64,000 nucleotides of DNA from assembly GCA_026401035.1 (NCBI GenBank), contig JAPLNR010000069.1, positions 44-64,043 of the forward strand. The letters are read 5' to 3'. The stretch comes from Planctomycetia bacterium (GTDB lineage: Bacteria; Planctomycetota; Planctomycetia; Pirellulales; UBA1268). A program made the translations under genes and the position numbers. Below the pieces are notes generated by a model. It made no database searches, had not been told where the DNA came from, and worked only from the letters and a program-made list of their open reading frames with translations. Shown here piece after piece: positions 48,545 through 58,846 of the stretch. How positions within the stretch are numbered: position 1 is the stretch's first letter; each line of letters starts with the position of its first letter.

Positions 48545-49040
48545 TTGTAAGGATAAGGAAAGGAGAGCCCGGCCAATGGCACTTCCGCAACGATGTTCAA
48601 GCCGATGAGCGGCTCGTGAGCCTGGTGCCCCGTTTTCGGGCCTGAAACAGCGGGTCCCGGAACGGCTGCCGTCCCCCCTGCAGTGGCGTTTTTTCTGCCG
48701 TCGGCGTAGAGACTTTTTGAGTCCGGCCGCTGGTCGGCTTCGTGGATGCCTCGCGCCCGGCTGGGGGCAGAGGCTGTGGATGTCGATCACGGGCAGTTCG
48801 TCTATCCGTCGCTTGAAAGACGTCGCGATCGTCATGGATCTGCACGAACTCGCCCCAGTCGGTGGGCGGACCACGAGCGGGAGACACCGGAGGCGGCTCG
48901 AGTGGTTCGCCGAGGTGTGTGAGAATCTTCCGTGGCGCGACCGTCGTTCCCATGCCCGCCGTTCGTGGCCTCCCGTTGCTTGCCGACGTTCCCGATCGCG
49001 AGCGCCGCATTGGGCGATCCTGCCGCCTGCCCATCGCGGC
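48545..49040 (-). mobile_element. IS91-family-like remnant, probably internally deleted and non-autonomous
   Basis: KILTHLGEPLEPPPVSPARGPP resembles IS91/ISCR transposase C-termini; frameshifted; 48662-48833 is repeated at 56760-56931. Boundaries approximate. Confidence 0.6.
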
Positions 49041-49044
49041 CGCG

Positions 49045-49164
49045 GTGGACTACACCGAGACCGAGCCGAGCCTGCCGACCACAGGCGTGATCGCCCTGCA
49101 AATCCACGGTAACGCCGTGTCGGAAGTCTGCTTCAAGGAATTTGAGATTGAAGAGTTGCCGTAA
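49045..49164 (+). pseudogene. C-terminal fragment of a DUF1080-like gene
   Basis: VDYTE...GVIALQIHG...EVCFKEFEIEELP* resembles the DUF1080 C-terminus; the 5' part is replaced by the IS-like sequence. Confidence 0.65.
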
Positions 49165-49208
49165 ACGCGTTGCCTTGAGCTCGATGGCCGCTCACTGGTC
49201 GCCCGCGG

Positions 49209-52004
49209 TTACCGGGCTGGCAAGACCTCGATCATGGCCGGCGACGAGGCCTGGCCGCCGTCTGGGACCGCACGGAGATGAAAGAGCCGGCGGCCGGGCC
49301 GGGCCTTCGGGGCCGCGGTGATGAAGAACTCGCGCTCGCTCTCCCCCTCCACGATCAACAACCCGTTCAAGCCCGTGTTGTCGATAAACACGCCATGCGG
49401 AAAATTGCGGTCGGCCTCACCGTCGCGGCCGAACTCGATCCGGTCCTTGAAGTCGTGCCGCTCGGCCCGCACCTTGGCCGTGATCGTCTCCCCCGGCCGG
49501 ATCGTGAACAGGAGCGGCTCCCCCTCGCGGACCGCCACCGACGAATTCGCCGCGGGCATGATCGCCACGGTGTACTTTGGCACTTCGCCGAGTTTGACGT
49601 CGCCAAGCGTGCCCAGATCCTGAGCCACCTCGCGGCCGCCGATCATGGCCACGGCCCGCACACGCACCGCCTTGTCGGGCGCCTCGTCGGGCGCAGCGGC
49701 GTCGGCGGAAGCGGAGAGCACACCCCGGGCCCACTCCTGGCCCGCCTCGATCTCGATGGGCCCGTGAAACGTGAACCCCGCTGGCAGGTTCTCTACCTCG
49801 ATCCGCACCGGCCCGTCGAACCCCTCCCTCCGGGTGACGCCAAATGACAGCTCGCGGCCGCTGCCGGGGCTGACGCTCGGGTTCTTGCCTTCCACCCGCA
49901 CGGTGAACGACGGCCGCGGCCTGCGGATGCCGAGTGTGTAGTGGAAGTCAGCCGGGCCGCCGAAGCCGCGGACGTCGGTGACCCGGGCCACATACGCGCC
50001 GTCGGACGGAGGCGTGAACAGGATGTGGGAGTCGGTGCCGAGCCGGCGGGTCGATTCGTCGTCATTTTCATAGGCGATGCGAAACACGGGCAGGCCGTTG
50101 GGCACGGGCGTCGCGCCCGGCGGCAGCGGCTCCACGATCCAGGCGGGCTCGTTGAGGGCATGCACGATCGACGAGGTGTGGAAGAACGCATGGCGATTGC
50201 CGCGCCCCGGATAGACGAGGAATCCCGAGTCGGGGCCGCGCGGATAGAGCCAGAGCTTCACCACCTCGCCCCCCGCATAGAAATATTCGTCGAGCTCCAT
50301 CTCCTCCCAGTTGTGCACGCGAAAGTCATTCGACTGCATCGAATCCTTGCCGCGGAACGTGAACCACGAGTCGCGGACGGCCTGCAACACCACCTGCTCC
50401 ACCGCCCGCCCCTCGGCGTCCAGAATCTCGAGCCGCGAATCGAGCTTCGACTTTGGCTTGCCCGAGGCAGCGATCACCTCCACGACGAGCGGCACGCCAG
50501 CCCGCGCGGTGAACCGGAAGCAGTCGGCATCTCCGGCAGCCTGGATCGCGCCAGAGACTGCAGCGGGCACAGGCACCGCCTGCGCCTGCGCGGCCGCGTC
50601 GTCAGGCTCTGCTTCGGCAAGCGCGACGGCCTCGGCCGCGAGAGCCGCCTCTGGCTGCGGGACGGCGGTCGGCAGGGCTGCCGCCGCCGCGCCACCGGCG
50701 AACCCGGCCGGCCCGGAGGCCTCGACAAGGTCAAGCGACCCGTTCATGCGACCGACGAAAAACTGGCCGCCAGCCACAGGCACGAGGGCCGACACGAGAT
50801 CCGGCTGTCGCGGCAGGTCGTGCTCGAGCACGAGGTCGGGCACGCTCCAGAACTTGAGCGACCGGTCTTCGGCCGTCGTGGCGATCCGGCGGCCATCGGC
50901 CGCGAGCCCCAATGCCACGATCGGTGTCTCGTGGGCAAACCGGGCGAGCACGGCCGGATTGATCGCCGGAGCGTCGAGCGACACGAACTTCCAGAGATGG
51001 ATTCGCTTGTCGCGGCCCACGCCGATCACATGGCCGCCGTCCGGCGTGAAGGCCACGCCCGTCATCTCCCCCTGCGGCTGGCTGAGCGTATCGAGCCGCA
51101 CGCCATCGCTTGCCCGCCAGAGCTTGATCGTCTCGTCGGCGCTCGCGGAGCCGAACACCTTTCCTGAGGGATGCCATGCCAGGTCGTAGACAGCGCCGTT
51201 GTGGACGTCGATCGACCGCAGAATCGCCCCATCGGACACGTTCCAGAGCTTGATCGATCGGTCGTAGCCCGCGGTGGCGAGCGTTTTTTCATCGGGCGAG
51301 AGTTCGGCGTCGTAGAGCAGATCGCGGTGGCCGGCGAACGACTGCACGACCTTGCCCGTGGCCGCGTCGCGGATTTCGGCCACGCCGCGGAGCCCCACGA
51401 TGCCCGCTGCGATCACGAGCCGTGAGCCGTCGCGGCTGAAGTGCACGGCCGCCACCGTGCCCGGCAGATCGGCGCATGTGATCAGCGGTTGTCCGGCCGG
51501 GCAGCCGTTTTCGATGGCCACCATCTCGACGGTGCGCCCGCGGGCCACCGCCATCCGGCCACCGTCGGGGGAGAGGGCCGCGGCGGTGACGGGCTTCGTG
51601 CCGGCGAAGGGCGCGAGCGACGGCACGGCGAGCGTTTCGAGAATCGAGGCGTCGTGCGCCGGCCCCGGCGCGCCCGCGGCGATCCAGGCCTCGAGCGTGG
51701 CGAGATCGGCGGGGGGCACCTGTGGCTCATCGGCCGGCGGCATGTGATCGGCATCGTGGCTCTTGATGCGTTTGATGAGGATCGAGGCCGCGGCATCGCC
51801 GGCCGCCACGGGATCGCCCGCACCGTCGCCACCCTTGCGGAGCGACGCGAATCGTTCCACTGAGAAACCCGACTCCGCCTCGCGGTCGTTGTGGCAACCG
51901 GAGCAGTAGGTGCGCAAGATCGGCGCGATGTCACGATCATACGCCGGCGCCGCCAGTGCAGCCGCCGGAACGAGACACACCATCCAAGCCAACGTGCGGT
52001 TCAT
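49209..52004 (-). CDS. Planctomycete cytochrome c / WD40-repeat / PPC-domain protein
   Basis: Signal peptide, YCSGCH...MPP, WD40 repeats (GHRD...ATAGYDRSIKLWN), GDADCFRF...LDSRLEILD. Confidence 0.88.
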   Translation of the reverse strand: MNRTLAWMVCLVPAAALAAPAYDRDIAPILRTYCSGCHNDREAESGFSVERFASLRKGGDGAGDPVAAGDAAASILIKRIKSHDADHMPPADEPQVPPADLATLEAWIAAGAPGPAHDASILETLAVPSLAPFAGTKPVTAAALSPDGGRMAVARGRTVEMVAIENGCPAGQPLITCADLPGTVAAVHFSRDGSRLVIAAGIVGLRGVAEIRDAATGKVVQSFAGHRDLLYDAELSPDEKTLATAGYDRSIKLWNVSDGAILRSIDVHNGAVYDLAWHPSGKVFGSASADETIKLWRASDGVRLDTLSQPQGEMTGVAFTPDGGHVIGVGRDKRIHLWKFVSLDAPAINPAVLARFAHETPIVALGLAADGRRIATTAEDRSLKFWSVPDLVLEHDLPRQPDLVSALVPVAGGQFFVGRMNGSLDLVEASGPAGFAGGAAAAALPTAVPQPEAALAAEAVALAEAEPDDAAAQAQAVPVPAAVSGAIQAAGDADCFRFTARAGVPLVVEVIAASGKPKSKLDSRLEILDAEGRAVEQVVLQAVRDSWFTFRGKDSMQSNDFRVHNWEEMELDEYFYAGGEVVKLWLYPRGPDSGFLVYPGRGNRHAFFHTSSIVHALNEPAWIVEPLPPGATPVPNGLPVFRIAYENDDESTRRLGTDSHILFTPPSDGAYVARVTDVRGFGGPADFHYTLGIRRPRPSFTVRVEGKNPSVSPGSGRELSFGVTRREGFDGPVRIEVENLPAGFTFHGPIEIEAGQEWARGVLSASADAAAPDEAPDKAVRVRAVAMIGGREVAQDLGTLGDVKLGEVPKYTVAIMPAANSSVAVREGEPLLFTIRPGETITAKVRAERHDFKDRIEFGRDGEADRNFPHGVFIDNTGLNGLLIVEGESEREFFITAAPKARPGRRLFHLRAVPDGGQASSPAMIEVLPAR

Positions 52005-52007
52005 CGC

Positions 52008-54215
52008 TCAATGCCTGAAGAGGAATTCGCGGCTCGTGAGCAGCGACCAATACATGTCTTCCACGATTTGCCGCTTCTCCTCGGCAGGCGCCTTCGTGAG
52101 CATTTCCTCGATCGGCTTCCGCTCGGCGTCGGTGGGCTTCCGCGAGAGGGCGACGAGCCATGCGTCTTCCACCAGCTGCGCGGGCGCGGGGTCGGTGGCG
52201 AGGATCTGCGTCACCCGCCCCTCCTTCGCCGCGAGCTTGTCGTTGAGCGTGGAGCCGTTCGAGAGATGCAGCACCTGCACCAGGCTCGGCTGGCTCGACC
52301 GCTCGCACTCGCAGGTGATCTCGCGGGCGTTGCGGCCAAACGTCTTGAGGAAGTAGTTCTTCACCGTCGAGTCGCGCAGCTCCAGCGCCCGCGTGCCGGC
52401 GTCGTATGCAACGATCTTCTCAGTCGAGCCGTCGGCCAGCATCGTCTCCGTGTAGCGATCGCGGACGCCCGTCACGTCAGAGATCGCGTCGGAGAGCACC
52501 TCTGCCATCAGCCGCTTCGGATAGGCCCGGGCAAACCAGCGGCGGTCGTCGCGATTCTCCGGGAGAGGCACGCTCGAGCGGGCGTAGGTTTCGGAGAGCA
52601 GAATCAGCCGCATCAGGGCCTTGAGATCGTAGCCGTGCTCGATCGTGAAGCCGCTGAGCGCCGCGAGCAGCTTCTCGTTGCTTGCCGGATTGGTCGAGCG
52701 CAGGTCATCCACCGGCTCCACGAGGCCGATGCCGAAGAAATTGGCCCACACGCGGTTGACGATCGCCCGCGTGAAGTAGGGATTGTCGGGCGAGGTCAGC
52801 CAGGTGGCGAGCGGCTCACGGCGGTCGCCGGCGTCGTCCATCGGCAGCGGCTCGCCGTCGAGCGGCGCCGGCGGCTGCGGCTTGCCGGTCTTCGGCTGGA
52901 GCAGGTCTCCCTTGGCCTCAACGAACAGCGTTCGCTGGCCGTCGCCGGACCGCGCCTCGCCCCCCCAGCCCTTGGCCCGCACCCGGGCAAAGAGGTTGGC
53001 GAAGGCGTAGTATTGGTCGTTGGTCCACTTTTCCAGCGGATGGTTGTGGCACTTCGCGCAGTTGATCGAGAGCGCGAGGAAGGCTTGGGCCACGTTTTCC
53101 GCCACCGTCTCCGGATCCTGGTGCACGGCGAAGAAATTGGTGGCCCCGTTTTCGATGCTCGACCCCCGCGCCGCCACCACCTCGCGGACAAACCGGTCCC
53201 ACGGCACGTTTTCGGCCACACGGTCGCGGATCCATCGCGAGTAGGCATCGACCGCCGCAGGCCGCAGCTTCGCCCCCGTCACGAGCAGGACGTCGGACCA
53301 TTTATAGGCCCAGTAGTCGACGAACTCCGGCCGGGCGAGCAGCAGGCTCACGAGCCGCTCTTTCTTCGCGGGCGAACGATCGGCCAGATACTCGCGCACC
53401 TCCTCGGGCGTGGGCAGGCGGCCGATCGTGTCGAGGAATGCACGCCGCAGGAACGTGGCCTCGTCGCACGGCGGCGACGGCTTGAGGTGCAATTGCTCGA
53501 GCTGGGCGAGGTTGAGCTCGTCGATCACGTTGGCCCGCGGGGCGGCGGCGTAGTCGGCGGGCGAGACGGAATGCGGAAACGGCGCGATCAGGTTCGCAAC
53601 GGCGATCTTCGAGGAAAACCAGGCCGTTACGGCCCCCGCGCCGTGGCCAACGACCGTGGCGTTTCCGTTCGTATCGACCGTGGCCACAGTCTCGTCGGCC
53701 GACGTGAACCGGGCCCAGCGGGTGACGTCGCGTGTGGAGCCGTCGGAGTAGCGGGCCGTGACCGTGAATGTCACCTTCTGCCCGGGCGCCGCGGCGGTCT
53801 CCACCGGCGCGAGGTCGACCCCCGCGAGTTTTTTCTCGTCGGCCTTGGGGCCGGGGCAGCCGGCCTCGATCCAGGCGGCAAGGAGCTTGTAGTCGTCGCC
53901 GCCCACGTCGAGCCGCTTGCCGCCCTTGTGGGGCAGGGCCATCGTAGGCTTCGTGAGCAGGAGACTCGTGCCGGGGTCGGCGAAGTCGATGCGCCGGCCC
54001 CGGGCATCGCGGGTGATCGTGCGGTAGTCGCTCTCTGGATCGTAACCGAAAAGTGAGAGCCGGAAGCCGGCCTTGCCGGCGATCGCGCCGTGGCAGCCGC
54101 CGCCGTTGCAGCCGGCCTTCGAAAGGATCGGCATCACGTCGAGCTCGAAGCTCGGCTCATCGGCCCGCCCGACCGCGCAGCAGATCAGCATCATCGCGCA
54201 GATCAATCGCCTCAT
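52008..54215 (-). CDS. DUF1549/DUF1553 protein with Ig-like domain
   Basis: GCNGGGCHG, FLRRAFLDTIGRLPT, CAKCHNHP, NRVWANFFGIGLVEPVDD, CECER, LLTSREFLFRH. Confidence 0.92.
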   Translation of the reverse strand: MRRLICAMMLICCAVGRADEPSFELDVMPILSKAGCNGGGCHGAIAGKAGFRLSLFGYDPESDYRTITRDARGRRIDFADPGTSLLLTKPTMALPHKGGKRLDVGGDDYKLLAAWIEAGCPGPKADEKKLAGVDLAPVETAAAPGQKVTFTVTARYSDGSTRDVTRWARFTSADETVATVDTNGNATVVGHGAGAVTAWFSSKIAVANLIAPFPHSVSPADYAAAPRANVIDELNLAQLEQLHLKPSPPCDEATFLRRAFLDTIGRLPTPEEVREYLADRSPAKKERLVSLLLARPEFVDYWAYKWSDVLLVTGAKLRPAAVDAYSRWIRDRVAENVPWDRFVREVVAARGSSIENGATNFFAVHQDPETVAENVAQAFLALSINCAKCHNHPLEKWTNDQYYAFANLFARVRAKGWGGEARSGDGQRTLFVEAKGDLLQPKTGKPQPPAPLDGEPLPMDDAGDRREPLATWLTSPDNPYFTRAIVNRVWANFFGIGLVEPVDDLRSTNPASNEKLLAALSGFTIEHGYDLKALMRLILLSETYARSSVPLPENRDDRRWFARAYPKRLMAEVLSDAISDVTGVRDRYTETMLADGSTEKIVAYDAGTRALELRDSTVKNYFLKTFGRNAREITCECERSSQPSLVQVLHLSNGSTLNDKLAAKEGRVTQILATDPAPAQLVEDAWLVALSRKPTDAERKPIEEMLTKAPAEEKRQIVEDMYWSLLTSREFLFRH

Positions 54216-55603
54216 GCGAACAGTTCCTTGATCGGGTCGGTGCCGAAGTCGGTGAGGGCGAACGGCCGGCCGGCTGGGCCAGGAAGGTGCATCTCGTGGT
54301 CGAGGCCGAGCGAATGGAAGATCGTGGCGACCATGTCGCCCGGGTTGACGGGCCGCTCGGCGGGGAACGCACCGATCGGGTCGCTCGCTCCCACCACGCG
54401 GCCCCCCTTCACGCCGCCACCGGCGAACGAGCAGGTGAAGCACTGCGGCCAATGGTCGCGGCCGCCGGCCGGGTTCACCTTCGGGGTGCGGCCGAATTCG
54501 GAGAGCCCGGCGACGAGCGTGTCGTCGAGCAGGCCGCGCCGGTGGAGGTCTTCGATCAGCGCGGAGTAGCCCTGGTCGTACATCGGGCAGACCACGTTTT
54601 TCATGCCCTCGATCGACGTGAACGGCTTCGAACCGTGGATGTCCCACGACGTCTCGTCGAACACTGTTAGGAACGTGTTGATCGTCACGAACCGCACGCC
54701 GTTTTCCACGAGCCGCCGGGCGAGCAGGCAGCACTGGCCGAAGCGGTTCATGCCATACCGCTCACGCACGGCCTGCGGCTCCTTGGAAAGATCGAAGGCC
54801 TCACGGGCCTGCGGGCTCGTCATCAGCCGGTAGGCGGCGTGGAAGTTGTCATCGAGCAGCCGCGCGTCTTCGCTGGCCTCGAATTGCTTGGCCGCCCCTT
54901 CCACGATCTCGCGCATCTTGCGGCGCCGGTCGAGCCGGGCCACCGAGATCTGGTCGGGGGGCAGGAGATCGGGCACGCGGAAGTTGGGCTTCGACGGGTC
55001 GGCCATGAGCGCGAACGGATCGTGCGCCTTGCCAAGAAAACCTCCCGCCTGGCCGTTGGGAAGATTCCCGCCGCCACGGCCCATGAGCTGCGGCAACACC
55101 ACGAACGGGGGCAGGTCGGTGCGCCGCCCCAGCAGATACGAGGCCACGCTGCCGGCGTGGGGCGTCTGGATGCCGCCGGTGAACCGCCGGCCGGTCTGCA
55201 TGATCTGCCAGCCCGCGTCGTGCACCGCGGCGCCACCGTGATGGCAGGAACGCACGAGCGAAAACTTGTCGGCCACCTCGGCGTGCTTCGGCAGCAGTTC
55301 CGACACCTCGAAGGCGTCGCTCTTCGTGCGAATCGGCTTGAAGGGGCCGCGGATCTCGGCCGGGGCGTCGGGCTTCATGTCCCAGAGGTCCATGTTCGAC
55401 GGGCCGCCAAGGTTGAAGATCATGATGCACGACCGCTTCTCGCAGCCGGGCCGCACCTTCCCCTCGCTCGCCGCCCGCACATACTGCGGCAGCGAGAGGC
55501 CGACGGCGGCGAGGGCGCCCACGTGGAGAAAATCCCGGCGGCTTGGCCCTGCCCCGCAGAGGAGCGCCCGCTCACCGGGCCGGGCGGCGTGAAATTCAAA
55601 CAT
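54212..55603 (-). CDS. DUF1501 protein (Tat-exported)
   Basis: SRRDFL twin-arginine motif, GGPSNMDLWDMKP, LLARRLVENGV, EFGRTP, GRDHW. Confidence 0.93.
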   Translation of the reverse strand: MFEFHAARPGERALLCGAGPSRRDFLHVGALAAVGLSLPQYVRAASEGKVRPGCEKRSCIMIFNLGGPSNMDLWDMKPDAPAEIRGPFKPIRTKSDAFEVSELLPKHAEVADKFSLVRSCHHGGAAVHDAGWQIMQTGRRFTGGIQTPHAGSVASYLLGRRTDLPPFVVLPQLMGRGGGNLPNGQAGGFLGKAHDPFALMADPSKPNFRVPDLLPPDQISVARLDRRRKMREIVEGAAKQFEASEDARLLDDNFHAAYRLMTSPQAREAFDLSKEPQAVRERYGMNRFGQCCLLARRLVENGVRFVTINTFLTVFDETSWDIHGSKPFTSIEGMKNVVCPMYDQGYSALIEDLHRRGLLDDTLVAGLSEFGRTPKVNPAGGRDHWPQCFTCSFAGGGVKGGRVVGASDPIGAFPAERPVNPGDMVATIFHSLGLDHEMHLPGPAGRPFALTDFGTDPIKELFA

Positions 55604-55706
55604 GGCCTGCACTCCCTTCCACAACGCAATGGATACCGGTGAATCGTAGCTTTTGCGGAACCTCGCGTCATTTGACAGGGACCGCGTTTCTTTGTATTAA
55701 CGAAGC

Positions 55707-56513
55707 ATGGCTGTTCAGGATTCGCCGCTGCAGCTTTCAGATTTTGCGGCAACGCAGGCGCTCGGCCTCTTCGACGCCCTGCCCGACGTCTACTTCTACG
55801 TCAAGGATCGTGACAGCCGGTTCGTGAAGGCCAACGAGGCGTGGCTCACGCTCCATGGGTGCTCATCGCCGCAGGATCCGGTCGGCAAGAGCGACTACGA
55901 CTACCATCCGCCCGCGCTCGCCGCGCAATACGTGGCAGAAGACAAGCAGGTGATGCGGTCCGGCAAGCCGCTCCGTGATCAGGCCTGGCTCGTGGGCGAT
56001 TACACCGGAATGCCACAGTGGTATCTGAGCACGAAACTGCCGCTCCACGACGAGCACGGTCGCATCTCCGGAATCGCCGGGATCCTGCGGCCCTTCGATC
56101 ACGCCGGCAATGCGCCCGAGGAATACAAACGGCTCATGCCGGTGCTCGAGCATGTGGTCAACAGCTACGGGCGGCGACTGGCCGTGAACGATCTGGCCCG
56201 GCGGGCCGGCCTGTCGCCGAGCCAACTGCAGCGCGAGTTTCGCCGACTCTTTAACCTGACGGTGGGAGACTACATCCTGCGGCTTCGGCTCCTCATGGCC
56301 CAGCGCCGACTTCGGGCGACGACCGACCCAGTTGGCCGGATCGCCACCGGCTGCGGCTTCTACGACCAAGCCCACTTTGCGCGGGCCTTCAAGCAGCACA
56401 CCGGCCAAACCCCACTGGAATACCGCCGGGGACGGAGTTCGGCCACGGGCGGACGGCCATCTCTTCGAGCCGGACGCGGGCTCGAGCGTCGTCGAATTGA
56501 TGCTCATGAATGA
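55707..56513 (+). CDS. AraC-family regulator with N-terminal PAS domain
   Basis: FDALPDVYFYVKDRDSRF, GKSDYD, C-terminal IATGCGFYDQAHFARAFK; divergent from the DUF1501 operon. Confidence 0.92.
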   Translation: MAVQDSPLQLSDFAATQALGLFDALPDVYFYVKDRDSRFVKANEAWLTLHGCSSPQDPVGKSDYDYHPPALAAQYVAEDKQVMRSGKPLRDQAWLVGDYTGMPQWYLSTKLPLHDEHGRISGIAGILRPFDHAGNAPEEYKRLMPVLEHVVNSYGRRLAVNDLARRAGLSPSQLQREFRRLFNLTVGDYILRLRLLMAQRRLRATTDPVGRIATGCGFYDQAHFARAFKQHTGQTPLEYRRGRSSATGGRPSLRAGRGLERRRIDAHE

Positions 56514-56559
56514 GTTCGACCTGCCCAAGCTGAAAGCCGCTGGTTGATCAGTTCGCGCG

Positions 56560-56931
56560 GCCCGCCGGTGGCGGCTGCCGAGCATTCACTCAACGGTGCG
56601 GGAGCGGCCGTGTGCGAACGTGAACTGGGCGCCGCCCCGGCGGTACGACGAAAACCTGCGGGCCTTGATGCTTTTGGCATACGCGATGAGCATGCTTGGC
56701 TCGTTGACCCCGGCCTGTGCCGACGAAACCACGTCGCGGATGCCGTGGCTGCTCCGCTCACGGCTGCCGTCCCCTCCTGCAGTGGCGTTTTTTCTGCCGT
56801 CGGCGTAGCGTCTTTTTGAGTCCGGCCGCTGGTCGGCTTCGTGGATGCCTTGCGCCCGGCTGGGGTCAGAGGCTGTGGATGTCGATCCCGGGCAGTTCGT
56901 CGGGCGAGGCTTGAAAGACGTCGCGATCGTC
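56560..56931 (-). mobile_element. Second IS91-like 3' tail remnant
   Basis: 56760-56931 is a near-identical direct repeat of 48662-48833, encoding DDRDVFQASPDELPGIDIHSL* and then non-coding tail. Left boundary approximate. Confidence 0.55.
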
Positions 56932-56938
56932 CGTCTCA

Positions 56939-58684
56939 TCACGCCAGCGGGGCGGTGATTTCCACGCGGGTGCCGTTGCCGGGGCGGCTCGTGAGCGTGA
57001 GCGTGCCGCCGATGTCGTCGGCGCGGCGGCGCATGTTGTCGAGGCCCGAATGGCGGCCGTCGTCGGCGGGCTCATTTGGATCGAAGCCCCGGCCGTCGTC
57101 CTCGACCGTGATCCGCAAGGTATCGCGGTCGATGGTCACTCGCAGCGCGATCACCGAGGCATGGGCGTGCTTCACGGCGTTGTTGATCGCCTCACGAACG
57201 ATCAGGTAGAGGTCGTGCCGCGTCCGGCCCGCCAGCGGCAGCGGGGGAATCTCCTCGGGCACTTCGAATCTTGCGCGGATGCTGGCGGCCCCGGCGAGCT
57301 GTTCGGCCGAAATCGTGAGATAGCCCACGAAACGGTCGAGCGTGTCATTCTTCGGGTTCACGGCCCAGACGATCGCATCGACCGAGCGGATCAGTTCGAC
57401 GGCCGACTGGCAGACACGCTCCGACCGCGAGAGCATCTCGGCCTCCCGATTGCCACGTGGCGACACCCCCGTGAGCCGCTCCATGTCGCGGCGGATCCAG
57501 TCGGTCTGCACGGCAATTTCCGTGAGGCCGGCACCGACGTCGTCGTGCAGGTCGCGGGCGATGCGGGCCCGCTCCTGCTCGAGGGCATGCTCCCGCTCGA
57601 TCTCGGCGAGTCGCCGCTTGATGCGGCGCAGGTTCGCCGCGCGCGCAGCTGTGAGGGCCCCAACAAGAACGATCGCCGCGGCCCCCGCCCACACGTCCCG
57701 CCGCAGGTGGAAGGGCACGTAGACCTCGACGGGCACGACCGTCTCGACACCGGTCGGGTCACCGTTGGGATAAAAAGCGGCGATCCGGAAGAAATAAGTT
57801 CCTGGCTTGAGATCTCGATACTCGGCTTCAGACTCCCCGCCGACGCCGAGGCTCCAGGCGGCGGCCCACGACACGGTCACACGGTCGCCCGGTTCGACAT
57901 CGATCTCGGGCGATTGGTACCAGCCCCCGTAGCGCATCGGGTCTTCGTCGACGACGAGGAGCATCGGATGCGGCTCCGGGTTGCGGCGAATCCGAAGCTG
58001 GCTCATCGACATTCTCGTTCCGGATCGCACCCACGGCTTCGGCACGGACATTGCGGAAAATGGCTCGGGGCCGATATCGATCGACACGGGATGCTCCGAG
58101 GTGCTGCCGTCCGAGGGCCGTTTCACCACAACGTTCACGGCGTCGATGCCGATGACGCCGACGGCCGGCCCCGGATAGTGTGATACGAAGTTGATCCGGA
58201 GCGTTTTCGTGAGCGGCGGCACGACCGCCGTGACCGACTGGCGGACGAAGGTGGATTCCTCGGCGACGCCCGTCCAGCCTGGTGATTCACCAACGAACGC
58301 GGCTTCAGCGCCACCGATGATGCCCCCCTCATTGTCCTCGAAAGCCAACACGGCTCGGCCCGAGGCGGCGGTGTCGTGCCAGGCGGGTTCGACGCCATCG
58401 AGGCGGTATCGCAGCCGTGCGCCGACGGGCCGCGGCGGGTCGGCTTCCGAGGGCTCACCCTGGGGTGAGGTCGGCTCCGCCGTGCCCCCGAACTCGAACA
58501 AGATTTTGCCGGCCGTCGACGGGATTCGCAGCGGCTCTGGAGTGCCGGAGCCTGTTCCTGATCCAGTGGGGATCGGGATGGCCTTGCCGTCGACGATTAC
58601 GGCGTTGATCGACAAGCCGGCCTGCGCGACTGTCGTCGCGACGACGGTCGCCACCATGCCCACAACCGCGAAAAGCCTTGCCAT
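56939..58684 (-). CDS. Sensor histidine kinase (HisKA_3) with extracytoplasmic domain
   Basis: Signal-like N-terminus, Y_Y_Y-like motifs, TM, ERARIARDLHDDVG, REAINNAVKHA, DDGRGF, GLDNMRRRA. Confidence 0.92.
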   Translation of the reverse strand: MARLFAVVGMVATVVATTVAQAGLSINAVIVDGKAIPIPTGSGTGSGTPEPLRIPSTAGKILFEFGGTAEPTSPQGEPSEADPPRPVGARLRYRLDGVEPAWHDTAASGRAVLAFEDNEGGIIGGAEAAFVGESPGWTGVAEESTFVRQSVTAVVPPLTKTLRINFVSHYPGPAVGVIGIDAVNVVVKRPSDGSTSEHPVSIDIGPEPFSAMSVPKPWVRSGTRMSMSQLRIRRNPEPHPMLLVVDEDPMRYGGWYQSPEIDVEPGDRVTVSWAAAWSLGVGGESEAEYRDLKPGTYFFRIAAFYPNGDPTGVETVVPVEVYVPFHLRRDVWAGAAAIVLVGALTAARAANLRRIKRRLAEIEREHALEQERARIARDLHDDVGAGLTEIAVQTDWIRRDMERLTGVSPRGNREAEMLSRSERVCQSAVELIRSVDAIVWAVNPKNDTLDRFVGYLTISAEQLAGAASIRARFEVPEEIPPLPLAGRTRHDLYLIVREAINNAVKHAHASVIALRVTIDRDTLRITVEDDGRGFDPNEPADDGRHSGLDNMRRRADDIGGTLTLTSRPGNGTRVEITAPLA

Positions 58685-58846
58685 GGTCGCGACCGGCCAG
58701 ATGGAAAATGCTCCGCACACTTCTGTCATTCTAACACTTGGGCGGCGCGACCGCATCGGTCTTTGGAACCGCTGTCGGTCCATCGCGAAAGGGCGTGAGC
58801 GCCCAGATTGATCCCGCCTTGGAGTGAAGGACTGCCGACGGCCAGA

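Noticed and set aside
46901-57912. Kinase duplicate as a diversity-generating retroelement TR/VR pair
   Set aside because: Differences are not adenine-specific and many are silent third-position changes; no reverse transcriptase is in the window.
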